DNA of 63,976 bases, the filler included, from Lama guanicoe (lineage: Eukaryota): the NCBI GenBank assembly GCA_013239625.1. It is 101 parts of 101 records of this genome, joined end to end, with 100 filler letters (N's around TTAATTAATTAA, not from the genome) between each part and the next. Parts side by side here need not be neighbours in the genome. Positions count along the whole stretch, not along the records: positions 12,446 to 12,925 come from PNXV01026944.1; positions 13,026 to 13,412 come from PNXV01026946.1; positions 13,513 to 13,867 come from PNXV01026948.1; positions 13,968 to 14,428 come from PNXV01026949.1; positions 14,529 to 15,006 come from PNXV01026950.1; positions 15,107 to 15,676 come from PNXV01026952.1; positions 15,777 to 15,982 come from PNXV01026953.1; positions 16,083 to 16,509 come from PNXV01026954.1; 93 more parts are not named here. One strand, written 5' to 3'. Each line of letters begins with the position of its first letter. Position 1 is the first letter of the stretch. Positions 12,446 to 24,891 of this stretch are shown here, one piece after another. Both the position numbers and the translations under genes were made by a program. Under the pieces are notes generated by a model. The model saw only the letters and a program-made list of their open reading frames with translations. It did no database searches and had not been told where the DNA came from.

Positions 12446-12925
12446 AAAATTCATATGGAAATGCAAGGCGCCCAGGTCAGCCAAAACTATCTTGGAAAAC
12501 AAGAGCAAAGTTGGAGGACTCACTCAAAGGTTACTACAAATCTATAGTACTCAAGTCATTATGGTACTGGCATAAGTTTGGATGCATAAATCAATGAAAC
12601 TCAATAAAAAATCCAGGGGGAAAACTTACATTTACATTCAGTTTTCCACAAATTTGCCAACAACACTCCATTGAAAGAATAGTCTATTCAACAAATGGTG
12701 CAGATACACCTGGGTATCTGCAGGCAAAAGAATGAATCTGGAATCTGGACCCCTGTATTTTATATAACAAATAAATATTAATTCAAAATGGATCACAGAC
12801 AGAAACGTAAAAACTAAATGTATAAATTTTCTAAAAGAAGACATAGTATAAATTTTTGTGGTTGTAGTATAGGCTGTGGCTTCCTGGATACAATACCAAG
12901 GGCACAAGTAATTAAAAAAAAAAGC
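12446..12925 (+). mobile_element. LINE-1 ORF2 fragment (old, decayed)
   Basis: aaaattcatatggaaatgcaagg..agccaaaactatcttg..aaagttggaggact..tggtactggcataa..ttcaacaaatggtgc..aaaatggatcacagac. Confidence 0.88.
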
Positions 12926-13025
12926 NNNNNNNNNNNNNNNNNNNNNNNNNNNNNNNNNNNNNNNNNNNNTTAATTAATTAANNNNNNNNNNNNNNNNNNN
13001 NNNNNNNNNNNNNNNNNNNNNNNNN

Positions 13026-13412
13026 CATGTGTTCCAAATTTGGGGAAGTATTTTAAAACCCTCCACAGCCCACAAAGATTCACTCGCTAATAATTGGCTT
13101 TAGAGCCCATCCCCCACCATCGCTTACTGCTAGGCCTAGGAAAACACTTAGGGAAGTCAAACTAAGGGATTCTATTAAAAGCCAGGTGCTGCTGTCTGTT
13201 GGAGGAACCTCCCCACACTCAGAACCCCCGAACACGTCTTCCTATGTGTGCTGGACCTGGGGAAACATAGCACACGCATTTTTCAAGGGCACAGTTATTC
13301 CATGGTTGTGGGTTGTAGGTCAGACACTCTCATCCCATGGATAGGCTCTCGCTAATACTTGGTTTAGAGCCAAATCCGAAATTTCCCCCGCACACCGGCC
13401 TTTTCAATCCAT
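13026..13412 (+). repeat. Satellite D (diverged relative of B)
   Basis: ccaggtgctgctgtctgttggaggaacctccccacactcag motif homologous to satellite B. Confidence 0.82.
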
Positions 13413-13512
13413 NNNNNNNNNNNNNNNNNNNNNNNNNNNNNNNNNNNNNNNNNNNNTTAATTAATTAANNNNNNNNNNNNNNNNNNNNNNNNNNNNNNNN
13501 NNNNNNNNNNNN

Positions 13513-13867
13513 AGGTTTGCACTGTAAAACAATGTTGAAGCTTGATCCTCCCCATATATATGTATGGAGTGGAGTTTCAAATTGACAAGAAATTTTGTGT
13601 TCCATTCAAGCTAGGTGAAGGACAGCTTTCACACACACTTGTCCCTCAAAACTGAGCATGTGAACAGACGTTCATTCATCCAGCACAAAGGGAATGTGTT
13701 GCAGGAGAAACACTTAGTCTTGTTTCTCAGTCTGTATCCTAGTGCCGGTTTGAAATTCCTACGGTTTGCTCTATAATGCCGAGTTGGAGCTTGTTCCTTC
13801 CCATATATATATGTATCAAGTGGAGTTGGCAAATGACAAGAAACTTTGTATTCCCTTCAAGCTAGCT
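13513..13867 (+). repeat. Satellite C
   Basis: ctgagcatgtg..cagcacaaagggaa..cctagtgccggtttgaa motifs. Confidence 0.92.
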
Positions 13868-14528
13868 NNNNNNNNNNNNNNNNNNNNNNNNNNNNNNNNN
13901 NNNNNNNNNNNTTAATTAATTAANNNNNNNNNNNNNNNNNNNNNNNNNNNNNNNNNNNNNNNNNNNNGAAAACCTAGACAGATAGAATGCAAACTAGCAG
14001 TCCAAACTATTAAAGGCGTCATGTCAGCCCTTTACGGTTGAAGCCTCTGAACCCAACAGGAACCATGAATTAACTATTGGAAATTTGAAATAACCCCAAC
14101 CTTGGATACACTTGTGCATGTGGTGCACTTTACTCCCAATGACACCTACTGTCCAATGTTGACATTTCTAGGGGTAACATCCCTCTCTAGCAAAATACAA
14201 GGGAAAACAAACCAAATAAATACATTTAGGTTTGAATCCAAAAGCACCTAGAGGCATTGTCTCTCTGGGAACCCTGCTGCAGCTATGCTAGGCTATTGAG
14301 AACCAGGTGTTCTCCTATCATTGATGAGATATTTAAATCATCCGATCATGTTGGGTAAAGCAATTGAACGCAATCAAGTCTGCACCACACGATATAGTGC
14401 CCCCGGGGGCTTGACTCAAGTGAAAGACNNNNNNNNNNNNNNNNNNNNNNNNNNNNNNNNNNNNNNNNNNNNTTAATTAATTAANNNNNNNNNNNNNNNN
14501 NNNNNNNNNNNNNNNNNNNNNNNNNNNN

Positions 14529-15006
14529 TCCTAATGTCTCTGTGCCAGGGAATGCTAGGGGGGTTTGCAGCAAATCCTAGTGTAAGAGGCTACCTCCCCA
14601 AGGTCAGGGAATTTATTTCACGGACTTCCCCGGACAGGGAACACCTGAGACTGAAGAGAGGTGCGTGGACTTTTCTCTCGAGCTCCCCAACGCAGTGACA
14701 ATGGTTCCGGAACCCTGAGCGTGGGGAGGATCCACCAACGGTCGGCAGCGCGTGGGTTCCAACGGAATGCCTCAGCTGGTCTCCCCTGAGGGTTTTCCTA
14801 CTCTCTCTGTGCCAGGGAATGCTAGGGGGGTTTGCAGGAAATCCCAGTGACAGAGGCTGCCTCCCCCAGGTCAGGGAAGGTATTTCTCAGTCTTCCCCGG
14901 ACAGGGAACACCTGTGACTGAAGAGAGGTGCGTGGACTTTTCTCTCGAGCTCCCCAACGAAGTGACAATGGTTCCGGAACCCTGAGCGTGGGGAGGTTCC
15001 ACCAAC
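14529..15006 (-). repeat. Satellite B
   Basis: Reverse-complement monomers. Confidence 0.95.
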
Positions 15007-15106
15007 NNNNNNNNNNNNNNNNNNNNNNNNNNNNNNNNNNNNNNNNNNNNTTAATTAATTAANNNNNNNNNNNNNNNNNNNNNNNNNNNNNNNNNNNNNN
15101 NNNNNN

Positions 15107-15676
15107 ATATAGTAACCAGAATACTCAATATAGTATTTCGAATATAGAATGTTGAGCATAGAATTTAGAATATAGAAAATATAATACCGAATATAGAATT
15201 TAGAATATCGAATTTAGAACACAGAATATAGAATAAAGAATAGAGAATATAGAACCCAAAATTTAGAACATGGAATGCAGAACACGGAATTTAGGATATA
15301 GAAAACAGAATACTGAACATAGAATTTAGAATATAGAAAATATAATACCGAATATAGAATTTAGAATATCGAATTTAGAACACAGAATATAGAATAAAGA
15401 ATAGAGAATATAGAACCCAAAATTTAGAACATGGAATGCAGAACACGGAATTTAGGATATAGAAAACAGAATACTGAACATAGAATTTAGAATATAGAAT
15501 GTTGAACACAGAATATAGAATATAGACTACGGAATGCAGAATATAGAATATAGAATGATGAACCCAAAGTATAGAATATAGAATAGAAATATAGAATCCT
15601 GAATTAAGAACATGGAATGTAGAACAAAGAATTTAAAATATAGAATACCGAATACTGTATATAGAATATGAATATA
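15107..15676 (-). repeat. Satellite A with 161-bp higher-order duplication
   Basis: ataccg marker at 15184 and 15345 (161 = 23x7). Confidence 0.92.
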
Positions 15677-15776
15677 NNNNNNNNNNNNNNNNNNNNNNNN
15701 NNNNNNNNNNNNNNNNNNNNTTAATTAATTAANNNNNNNNNNNNNNNNNNNNNNNNNNNNNNNNNNNNNNNNNNNN

Positions 15777-15982
15777 GAAACCCTTATTCTGGTTCTCAGT
15801 CTGTTTCCTAGTGCCGGTTTGAAGTACCTGACGATTTCAGTGTAAAACCGAGTTGGAGCTTGTACCTCCCCATATATATGTACGGAGTGGAGTTTGCATC
15901 TGAAAAGAAACGTTGTGTTCCCTTCATGCTAGTGGAAGGGCGGCTTTCACACACACTTATCTCTCAGAACTGAGCATGTGGA
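15777..15982 (+). repeat. Satellite C
   Basis: Partial monomer. Confidence 0.92.
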
Positions 15983-16082
15983 NNNNNNNNNNNNNNNNNN
16001 NNNNNNNNNNNNNNNNNNNNNNNNNNTTAATTAATTAANNNNNNNNNNNNNNNNNNNNNNNNNNNNNNNNNNNNNNNNNNNN

Positions 16083-16135
16083 TGCTCAGCATGCATGAGG
16101 CCCTCTGTTCAGTCCCCAGTAACTCCATTTAAAAA
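16083..16135 (+). mobile_element. tRNA-Ala-derived SINE, 3' part
   Basis: tgctcagcatgcatgaggccctctgttcagtccccagtaactccatttaaaaa. Confidence 0.75.
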
Positions 16136-17281
16136 CTATTTTTTTTAAAATGGAGAATTAAAGCAAAAAGATGGAGGGCTACAGAATTTTTTTAGAGACT
16201 CAACACAGATTTAAGATGGGGAAAAAAATCCATTTCTCACAGGAAATCTTGAGAACTATGTAAACCGAATCTGAGTTGTCTAGTCTTTTAACATTATTCA
16301 TGAATTCATATTACCAAGTCTTAAAACTACCTGATAACCCACAGGGGTGATACTGATCATAAAAGCTGCCAACGTGGATTGAGCTCCGGCTAGGAATGCT
16401 CTGTTCTGACATCTCTGCCCCTGAGGCCTCACCAGGCGGAGAGCAATAAAATTTGTCATTCATGATCATCACGTGTAAGTCTTCCATTTGTGCTTCTCAC
16501 TCTCCCCTCNNNNNNNNNNNNNNNNNNNNNNNNNNNNNNNNNNNNNNNNNNNNTTAATTAATTAANNNNNNNNNNNNNNNNNNNNNNNNNNNNNNNNNNN
16601 NNNNNNNNNGGTAACAAAATGACTGCATTACAGGTAGTATGTCTCCACTGTTTCCTCAATTCCTGTATGTCACAACCTATCAATTTTATATGCTGTTTAA
16701 CACGACAAAAAACCTATTATACGGAATTGATTCCACAGAAATAAAATTATTTCTACTCCTTCAAAACATTTTTCTTTTCTATTTTATTTTGTTTTGCTTA
16801 TTGAAAACAAAATAAAGTCAAATCATTTTATTTCACGTATTTTTATAGCTACATATTGTAAATACTACAAAGATATTTAAATTGCAATAAAAATTGTTCC
16901 TATATTAGTATAAAGATATATACACAATCAATGCAAATTAGGAAAAAGTGGATATTTACTAAAAATCCACTGCACATTCAGTCTTTTACAAGCATATCCT
17001 GGAATATAAGCTCTATTATCCAGGGGTCCCCCACCCCCATTCTCACTGCCGAGTCCCTTAGTAATCAACTACCAAGGCACCAGCATAGAACCATGCGATC
17101 ACTATTTTAGGTATAAAAGAAGGAATTAGCTTATTCAATTCTAAAATAGAAACCTTAAAATAAATACTGAACTTATTTACANNNNNNNNNNNNNNNNNNN
17201 NNNNNNNNNNNNNNNNNNNNNNNNNTTAATTAATTAANNNNNNNNNNNNNNNNNNNNNNNNNNNNNNNNNNNNNNNNNNNN

Positions 17282-17935
17282 GGAGATACCTAGTCCACGC
17301 AACTTTAAGGGGGCACAGGTGTTCCCAGGGGGGGATTGTACTTTAAACACCTCCACTGCCCATAGAGAGGCACTCGCTTTTACTTGGCTTTAGAGCCCAA
17401 CCCCCAATTTCCCCCGTACTCCGCCCTTGGCAAGCCATCATTGAATAGAAGAAAATGTATTGTATTAGAATCCAGGGGCTGCTGTGAGTTGGACGAACCT
17501 CCCCACACACCAAACTTCTGAGAGAGATATCGTGTGTGTGCTGGAGGTGGGGAAACAGAGTCCACGCATTTTTCAAGGAGCACAGGTATTCCCAGGTTGT
17601 GGGATTTTGGTGAATAATTTCCTCTTCCCATGGAGAAGCACTCGCTAATACTTGGATTTACAGCCCAACACCCAATTTCCCCCGCACTCCGCCCTTGGCA
17701 AGCCATCATTGAATAGAAGAAAATGTATTGTATTAGAATCCAGGGGCTGCTGTGAGTTGGACGAACCTCCCCACACACCAAACTTCTGAGAGAGATATCG
17801 TGTGTGTGCTGGAGTAGGGAAACGGAGTCCACACGTCTTTATGGGGGCACAGTTGTTCCCAGGTTGGGGATATACCTTAACCACCCCCACTGCCAAAAGA
17901 TAGGAGCTCGCTAATACTTGGTTTTAGAGCACAAC
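17282..17935 (+). repeat. Satellite D, 268-bp period
   Basis: gaacctccccac at 17495 and 17763. Confidence 0.9.
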
Positions 17936-18637
17936 NNNNNNNNNNNNNNNNNNNNNNNNNNNNNNNNNNNNNNNNNNNNTTAATTAATTAANNNNNNNNN
18001 NNNNNNNNNNNNNNNNNNNNNNNNNNNNNNNNNNNGAACAAATGAGGTGAAAAGAATTGGGGGAAGCACTGTGAGAAGAAGAGATTGTGGAACCTCCAGA
18101 GGGGCCCCCTGCGTTGGCTCAGATGTTCTCTGGATAAAGTTTTCTCTATGAGACTACATAGTTCCCAGCGTGACGTTCAGTTTTTTCAGCATTTCACATT
18201 AGATTTTAAAAGTCTGTGGCAGGTTCTTACCCAGAAATAGAGCACTTGCACAAAGGGTTATATGTATAAACTTTCCCCAGGTGGTAAATGGAACACACTC
18301 TTCTTCCTAATTAAAAAAAGAAGTTTAGTCAATCAAGGGATTATACCAATGAAATAATTTTTCTCCTAACTGGTCAATAAATCCTAAACATAATTAAAAA
18401 AAAATAATAATTTTCAGCCATAGCCTCCTTATTTGTAAATGCATGNNNNNNNNNNNNNNNNNNNNNNNNNNNNNNNNNNNNNNNNNNNNTTAATTAATTA
18501 ANNNNNNNNNNNNNNNNNNNNNNNNNNNNNNNNNNNNNNNNNNNNGGGAAACAAATCCTTTGTTTTGTTTTCAGGAGGCCTGAGATGCTGATGACAAAAT
18601 AATAGAGGGTGGGCTGAGAAAAATAGTGACAGACCCT

Positions 18638-18841
18638 CACCTCCAGGCTGAAATTGATGACAAAGAAATCAATTAAGTGTATCGGTATTTGACTAATAGA
18701 AGTCAGACAGCCCAGACTGTCTAGTTATGCCCAAAGGAAAGTACTGAATTCACCTGCAGATTTAGGTGCTTTACCATGTAGAAGCAGCTTAGAGCAATCA
18801 GAAAAATCAGTCTTATGTTGAGATATAAAAAGAATATAATA
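18638..18841 (+). repeat. Unidentified repeat family E (homologous to 57056-57260, opposite strand)
   Basis: Colinear match over about 200 bp incl. ggctgaaattgat, aaatcaattaagt, ctgaattcacctgcaga, gcaatcagaaaaatcagt. Confidence 0.8.
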
Positions 18842-19241
18842 TCTTTTATTTCTAAAACTTTTCTATGTTAAGTTGTGTAGAGCTAAAATTAAATTTCAAG
18901 CACCAGGAGTTAAGAGTTTAGGTGGATCGTTATTCAGGGATGTGTCTAGACCCTGCCGGAGTGGCCGAAGCTGGCAGGAAAAGACCCAGAGCCAGGATTT
19001 GTCATCCTAGGATGTCCTCCATAATGATTCCATGTGGGAACCCATGATTGGGTTAACAAGTTGTAACACATCCCAGCCGCCTGTCAACTNNNNNNNNNNN
19101 NNNNNNNNNNNNNNNNNNNNNNNNNNNNNNNNNTTAATTAATTAANNNNNNNNNNNNNNNNNNNNNNNNNNNNNNNNNNNNNNNNNNNNCCAGCAGAGGT
19201 GGTGTTGTTTGGGGTCTCACCAGTGCCCCTCATTCCCACAG

Positions 19242-19369
19242 GCATCACCTCCTCCCATCGGGCTCCCTGCGTCTGGCCCAGGCCCAGGTCAGTGACAGTG
19301 GCCTCTATGAATGCACAGCCAGGAACCCTGTGGGATCTGCCATTCAGAACTACATCCTCAGGGTGCAAG
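19242..19369 (+). CDS. HMCN2: Internal coding exon, C-terminal half of an I-set Ig domain, hemicentin-2-like
   Basis: Acceptor cattcccacag| and donor CAAG|gtaggg flank an open frame [42 protein letters not shown] with the Ig D-x-G-x-Y-x-C motif; resembles recalled HMCN2 [27 protein letters not shown]; not in the ORF track. Confidence 0.75.
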
Positions 19370-19736
19370 GTAGGGCCTGAGCTGGTAGCACCCTTCACGC
19401 ACCCCAGCCTCTTTTTGGCCTCTCAGTGCCCCTCCCCATCTCCATGCCAGGCTGTCACCTCTTCCTGGCCCTCCAGTGTTTCCTCTGGCAACCCTATTTC
19501 CTGTCTTTCTCAAGCACTGTCTCTCCTCCTCACCCCACTTCTCTCCCTCTCCTGTACCCCTTGGTTGGGCCTGGAGAGGCTGTTCAGAGGCCCCCTGAGA
19601 ACAGAGGNNNNNNNNNNNNNNNNNNNNNNNNNNNNNNNNNNNNNNNNNNNNTTAATTAATTAANNNNNNNNNNNNNNNNNNNNNNNNNNNNNNNNNNNNN
19701 NNNNNNNCACACACATACACACACACACACACACAC

Positions 19737-20190
19737 ACTGGAATACTACTCAGCCACAAAACGGAATGAAATGTCATTTGCAGGAACATGGGTGGACCTA
19801 GAGATTATCATACTAAGTGAAGTAAGCCAGGCAGAGAATGATAAACACCATATGATATCACTTACATATGGAATCTAAAAAAAAAATGACACAAACGAAC
19901 TTATTCACAAAACAGAAAGAGACTCACAGACACAGAAAACAAACTTACCATTCCTAGGGGTAGGGAGAACCAGGAAGGGAAGGATAAATTGGGAGTTTGG
20001 GTTTGGCTGATACAAACTACTAGGTACAGAATAAACAAGAAGATCCTACTGTGTAACACAGGGAACTATATTCAATGGCTCATAGTAACCTGTAATGAAG
20101 AAGAATATGACAAAGAATATATATACATTCTTTGCTGTACACTAGAAACTAATACAACATTGTAAGTCAAAAATATAAATAGAATGATAA
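19737..20190 (+). mobile_element. LINE-1 3' end (ORF2 end and 3' UTR), preceded by (CA)n
   Basis: ggaatactactcagcc..catttgcaggaacatgggtggacctagagattatcatactaagtgaagtaagcca..acagggaactatattcaa. Confidence 0.9.
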
Positions 20191-20373
20191 AAACTAGAAA
20201 AACAAAAAACAAACAAGCAAAAACATACAGGTTTAATGTGACCACTGAATGATAAAATGATAGAATGAGTTTANNNNNNNNNNNNNNNNNNNNNNNNNNN
20301 NNNNNNNNNNNNNNNNNTTAATTAATTAANNNNNNNNNNNNNNNNNNNNNNNNNNNNNNNNNNNNNNNNNNNN

Positions 20374-21183
20374 AGAATATAGAATGCAGAACACAGAATT
20401 TAAAATATAGAATGCAGAATACAGAAAACAGAATTTAGATATTGGAATGCAGAACACAGAATATAGAATATAGAATACAGAATAAAGAACCCAGAAAATA
20501 GAACATGGAATTTCGAACATAGTTATAAAAATATAATTCAGAATACAGAAACCAGAATTTAGAACATGGAATTCAGAACACAGAATATAGAATATAGAAA
20601 TTAGAATATCGAATATAGGATATAGAATGGAGTACACGGAATTTAGAATACAGAATACGGAATGCAGAACCGAGTACTTAGAACATGGAATGCAGAACAC
20701 AGAATATACAATATAGAATACAGAATTCAGAATAAAGAATGTAGAATATAGAATGTAGAACACAGTATATAGAAAAGAGGATACGTAATACAGAACACAA
20801 AATTTAGAATATGGAATGCAGAACACAGAATTAGGAGAATAGAATACAGAATACAGAATACAGAATATAAAATATAGAATGTAGAACACAGAATATAAAG
20901 TATAGAATGCAGAAAACAGAATATAGAATGTAGAATAAAAAATGTAGAACACAAAATATAGAATATAGTATAGAGAATACAGAAATCAGAATTTAGAACA
21001 TGGAATTCAGAACACAGGATATAGAACATATAATATAGAAATAAAATGTGAATATAAAATTGAGAACACAGAATATGGAATACAGAATATAGAATGTAGG
21101 CTATAGATTGTAGAACTCAGAATATAGAATATACAATGGAGAATACAGAAACATGAATTTAGAACATGAAATGAAGAACACAG
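20374..21183 (-). repeat. Satellite A (variant subtype)
   Basis: Heptamer periodicity; rich in AGAATAC and GGAATTC words. Confidence 0.9.
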
Positions 21184-21283
21184 NNNNNNNNNNNNNNNNN
21201 NNNNNNNNNNNNNNNNNNNNNNNNNNNTTAATTAATTAANNNNNNNNNNNNNNNNNNNNNNNNNNNNNNNNNNNNNNNNNNNN

Positions 21284-21524
21284 GAAGTCCTCTAAGTACT
21301 TCCTCAATAGATCAGGGGGCACACACTGCTACATGTCTTCCAAGCCCAACCCCAGCTTTCCCTCATGGCCTGGCCTAAAAGAACACTCAGGGAACAGAAG
21401 CTAAGGGATACTAATAGAATCCAGGTGCTGCTGTCAGTTTGAGGAACTTCCCCAAACTCAGTATACAAGAACACATCTGAGTGTGTGTGCTGGATGTAGG
21501 GAAACAGTCAAAGCATCTTTCAGG
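21284..21524 (+). repeat. Satellite D
   Basis: ccaggtgctgctgtcagtttgaggaacttccccaaactcag..gtgtgtgctgga..ggaaacag. Confidence 0.8.
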
Positions 21525-21624
21525 NNNNNNNNNNNNNNNNNNNNNNNNNNNNNNNNNNNNNNNNNNNNTTAATTAATTAANNNNNNNNNNNNNNNNNNNN
21601 NNNNNNNNNNNNNNNNNNNNNNNN

Positions 21625-21990
21625 GCTCTCTTCAGTCACAGGTGTTCCCTGCTCGGGGAAGTCCGAAAAATATATTCCCTAACCTTGGGAAGGCAGCGTC
21701 AGTCACTGGGATTTTCTACAACCCCCCCTAGCATTCCCTGGCACAGAGACATGCGGAATACCCTCAGGGGAGACGAGCACAGGCATTCCGTTAGAACCCA
21801 CGCGCTGCCGACCGTTGGATGAACCTCCCCACGCTCAGGATTCCCCAAAAATTGTCATTGAGTGGGGGAGCCCGAGAGACAACTCCACGCAGCTCTCTTC
21901 AGTCACAGGTGTTCCCTGAACAAGGAAGTCCGAGAAATAACATCCCTGACCTTGATGAGGCAGCCTCTGTCACTGGGATTTCCTGCAACC
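21625..21990 (+). repeat. Satellite B
   Basis: Monomer match. Confidence 0.95.
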
Positions 21991-22090
21991 NNNNNNNNNN
22001 NNNNNNNNNNNNNNNNNNNNNNNNNNNNNNNNNNTTAATTAATTAANNNNNNNNNNNNNNNNNNNNNNNNNNNNNNNNNNNNNNNNNNNN

Positions 22091-22569
22091 TTTCATAGAG
22101 GCCAAACCAACTCATAAGCCAACCAAAAGTACACAAACAGTCCCTTTTCTCCATACCTTTGCTAGCATTTAATAGTAAGCCTCTTGTCTTTTTGGATAAA
22201 TTCATCCTAATAATCCTGAGTCGATATCTCTTTGCATGTTTGATTTTAGTTTCCCTAATGTTTTGTGATGTTGAGCACATTTTCATTATTTGTTGGAAAT
22301 TCATGTATTTTCTTTGAAAAAATTATTTTTAGGTGTTTTGCACAGCTTTTAAGTGGTTTATTTGTTTTGATGTTTTTTAGTTGTGTGATATGTATTTTGG
22401 ATATCAACTCCTTATTAGTTATAAGGTTATTAAATTTTTTCCCATTATATAGGCTGTCTTTTCATTTTGTTGATTGTCTCATGTAGGAGATTTTTAGTTT
22501 GATGTAGTTTCATTTGTTATTTTTTTAATTGTTGTTTATGCTTAAAGTATCATCAAAAATAATTTTTAA
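22091..22569 (-). mobile_element. LINE-1 ORF2 3' fragment (old)
   Basis: gatgttgagcacattttc..ttctttgaaaaa..tattttggatatcaactccttatt..ttttagtttgatgtagt. Confidence 0.85.
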
Positions 22570-22669
22570 NNNNNNNNNNNNNNNNNNNNNNNNNNNNNNN
22601 NNNNNNNNNNNNNTTAATTAATTAANNNNNNNNNNNNNNNNNNNNNNNNNNNNNNNNNNNNNNNNNNNN

Positions 22670-23181
22670 TATTCTATGTTCTACCTTTTATATTCCAAAT
22701 TCTATATTCAGTATTCTGAATTCAATATTCTAAATTAAGTGTTCTGAATTCCATTTTCTAAATTCTCTATTCTGTATTCTGTGTTCTACTTTCTATATTC
22801 TATATTCTATAATCAGTATTCTGTATTCTATATTCTAAATTCTGTGTTCTGCATTCTTTGTTCTAAATTCTATGTTCAGTATACTGTAATATATATTCTC
22901 AATTCTGTGTTCTGCATTCCATGTTCAAAATTCTGGGTTCTACATTCTGTTTTCCATATTTTATATTCTGTGTTCTAAATTCTATATTCTGTATTCCATA
23001 TTCTGCATTCCGTATTCTACATTATATATTCTGTGTTCTACCTTCTATATTCCAAATTCCATATTCAGTATTCTGTGTTCTATATTCTAAATTCTGTGTT
23101 CTGCATTCCACGTTCTAAAATATCTATTCTCCATTCTATATTCTGTGTTCTACTTTCTATATTCTAAATTATATATTCAGT
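22670..23181 (+). repeat. Satellite A
   Basis: Heptamer periodicity. Confidence 0.92.
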
Positions 23182-23565
23182 NNNNNNNNNNNNNNNNNNN
23201 NNNNNNNNNNNNNNNNNNNNNNNNNTTAATTAATTAANNNNNNNNNNNNNNNNNNNNNNNNNNNNNNNNNNNNNNNNNNNNTCCCCAGTGCTCCTAGCAT
23301 CACTGGCTTTGGCTACTTTATTGGACAGCATCTCCAGGGTCCCACCATGTTCCTGGTTGTAAAGCGGGAGTAAGTGTCCACACTAACCCTAAAAGGATCT
23401 CTCTGAAACAAAGGCGGATTCTCTTTGAAATGTCTGTATACCGGCGGGCTGCACCTTCCTCCCCCCTTGGCTACAAGACTGACTTCTTCCTTGCTGATCC
23501 CTTTCTGGATGTAGGGATGCAATCCAGCACACAGCCAAGGTGGACTGGCTTCCAGGAAAACTTAC

Positions 23566-23997
23566 CTGCTGTCTATGTCCAGTCCCATGAAGTCCTCCTT
23601 CTCAAACGGGATGCAGAGGAGGGGGATCTTGTCCCCAGAATTCTTGGGGCCACCATCCAGACACTTCGACTTGAGCAAGATGAAGAGTGACTCAGTGAAG
23701 TCCTCGATCCTCTTCTCCACCACCCTTCAGTCCTCTTAGATTGAGGCAACGTCGGTGCGCGGCTGCTCGGCTACCTCCCCATGCTGCACAAAGACAAAAA
23801 GCTGAGAGTCATTAAGCGATGTGCCATACAGCTCCTCTGCACGTGGAGCTTCTCGAAGACCTTGGCAGAGAGACATTCGGTAATGGTGACAAGGCCCACG
23901 AGCTTGCGGTGTTTCTGGGAGATGCTCCACCCATTGTCGGGCACATACTGTTGCCTGTAGTGGATACAGAGTGTCCACTGGGAGCCGCATGGGCTGA
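23566..23997 (-). pseudogene. TRAPPC9: Decayed unprocessed copy of the TRAPPC9 (NIBP) first coding exon
   Basis: Minus-strand translation ..[40 protein letters not shown] / [88 protein letters not shown] matches the TRAPPC9 N-terminus; one frameshift and two in-frame stops; ends at donor AG|gtaag (23565-23561). Confidence 0.9.
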
Positions 23998-24097
23998 NNN
24001 NNNNNNNNNNNNNNNNNNNNNNNNNNNNNNNNNNNNNNNNNTTAATTAATTAANNNNNNNNNNNNNNNNNNNNNNNNNNNNNNNNNNNNNNNNNNNN

Positions 24098-24891
24098 TGT
24101 GTATTCTATATTCTATATTCTGTGTTCTACATTCAGTATTTTACATCCTATTTTCTGTATTCTGTACTCTATATTCTAAATTCTGTGTACTGAATTCCAT
24201 GTTTAAATTCTTGGTTCAGTATTGTGTATTCTGTAGTCTATATTCTGGGTTCTGAATTCCAAGTTCTTTATTCTGGGTTCTGTATTCTGTATTCAGTATT
24301 CTATATTCTGTGTTCTACATTCTCTATTGAACATTGTATATTCTGTATATTTTATTCCATATCCTATGTTCTGCATTTCATTTTCTGGATAATGGGTTCT
24401 GTGTTCTGTATTCTATATTCTATATAGTGTGTTCTGAAATCAATGTTCTAAATTCTGGGTTCTGTATTCTTTATTCTGTATTCTATATTCTGTGTTGTAC
24501 ATCTATATTCTACATTCTATTTCTGTATTCTATACTCAAAATCCTTGTCCTGAATTCCATGTACTAAATTCTGATTTCTGTATTCTGTATTCTATAGTAT
24601 GTATTCTGTGTTCTACATTCTATATTCTATATTCTGTATTCTGTATTCTGTATACTATATTCTGTGCTCCGCATTCCATGCCTCATTTCTGTGTTCTCTA
24701 TACTCTATGGTACATTCTATATTCTGTGTTCTGCATTCCATGTTCTAAATTCTGGGTTCTGTATTCTATATGCTATATTCTGTGTTCTATACTCTATATT
24801 CAACATTCTAAATTCTGAATTCTATGTTCTATATTCTGTGCGCAGCATTCAATGTTCTAAATTCTCGGTTTGGTATTCTGAAGAGTATTTT
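24098..24891 (+). repeat. Satellite A (variant subtype)
   Basis: Heptamer periodicity; CTGAATT/CTGTATT-rich. Confidence 0.9.

Noticed and set aside
13968..14428. Possible retroviral env remnant
   Set aside because: Only vague Cys-containing fragments with multiple stops; no diagnostic motif
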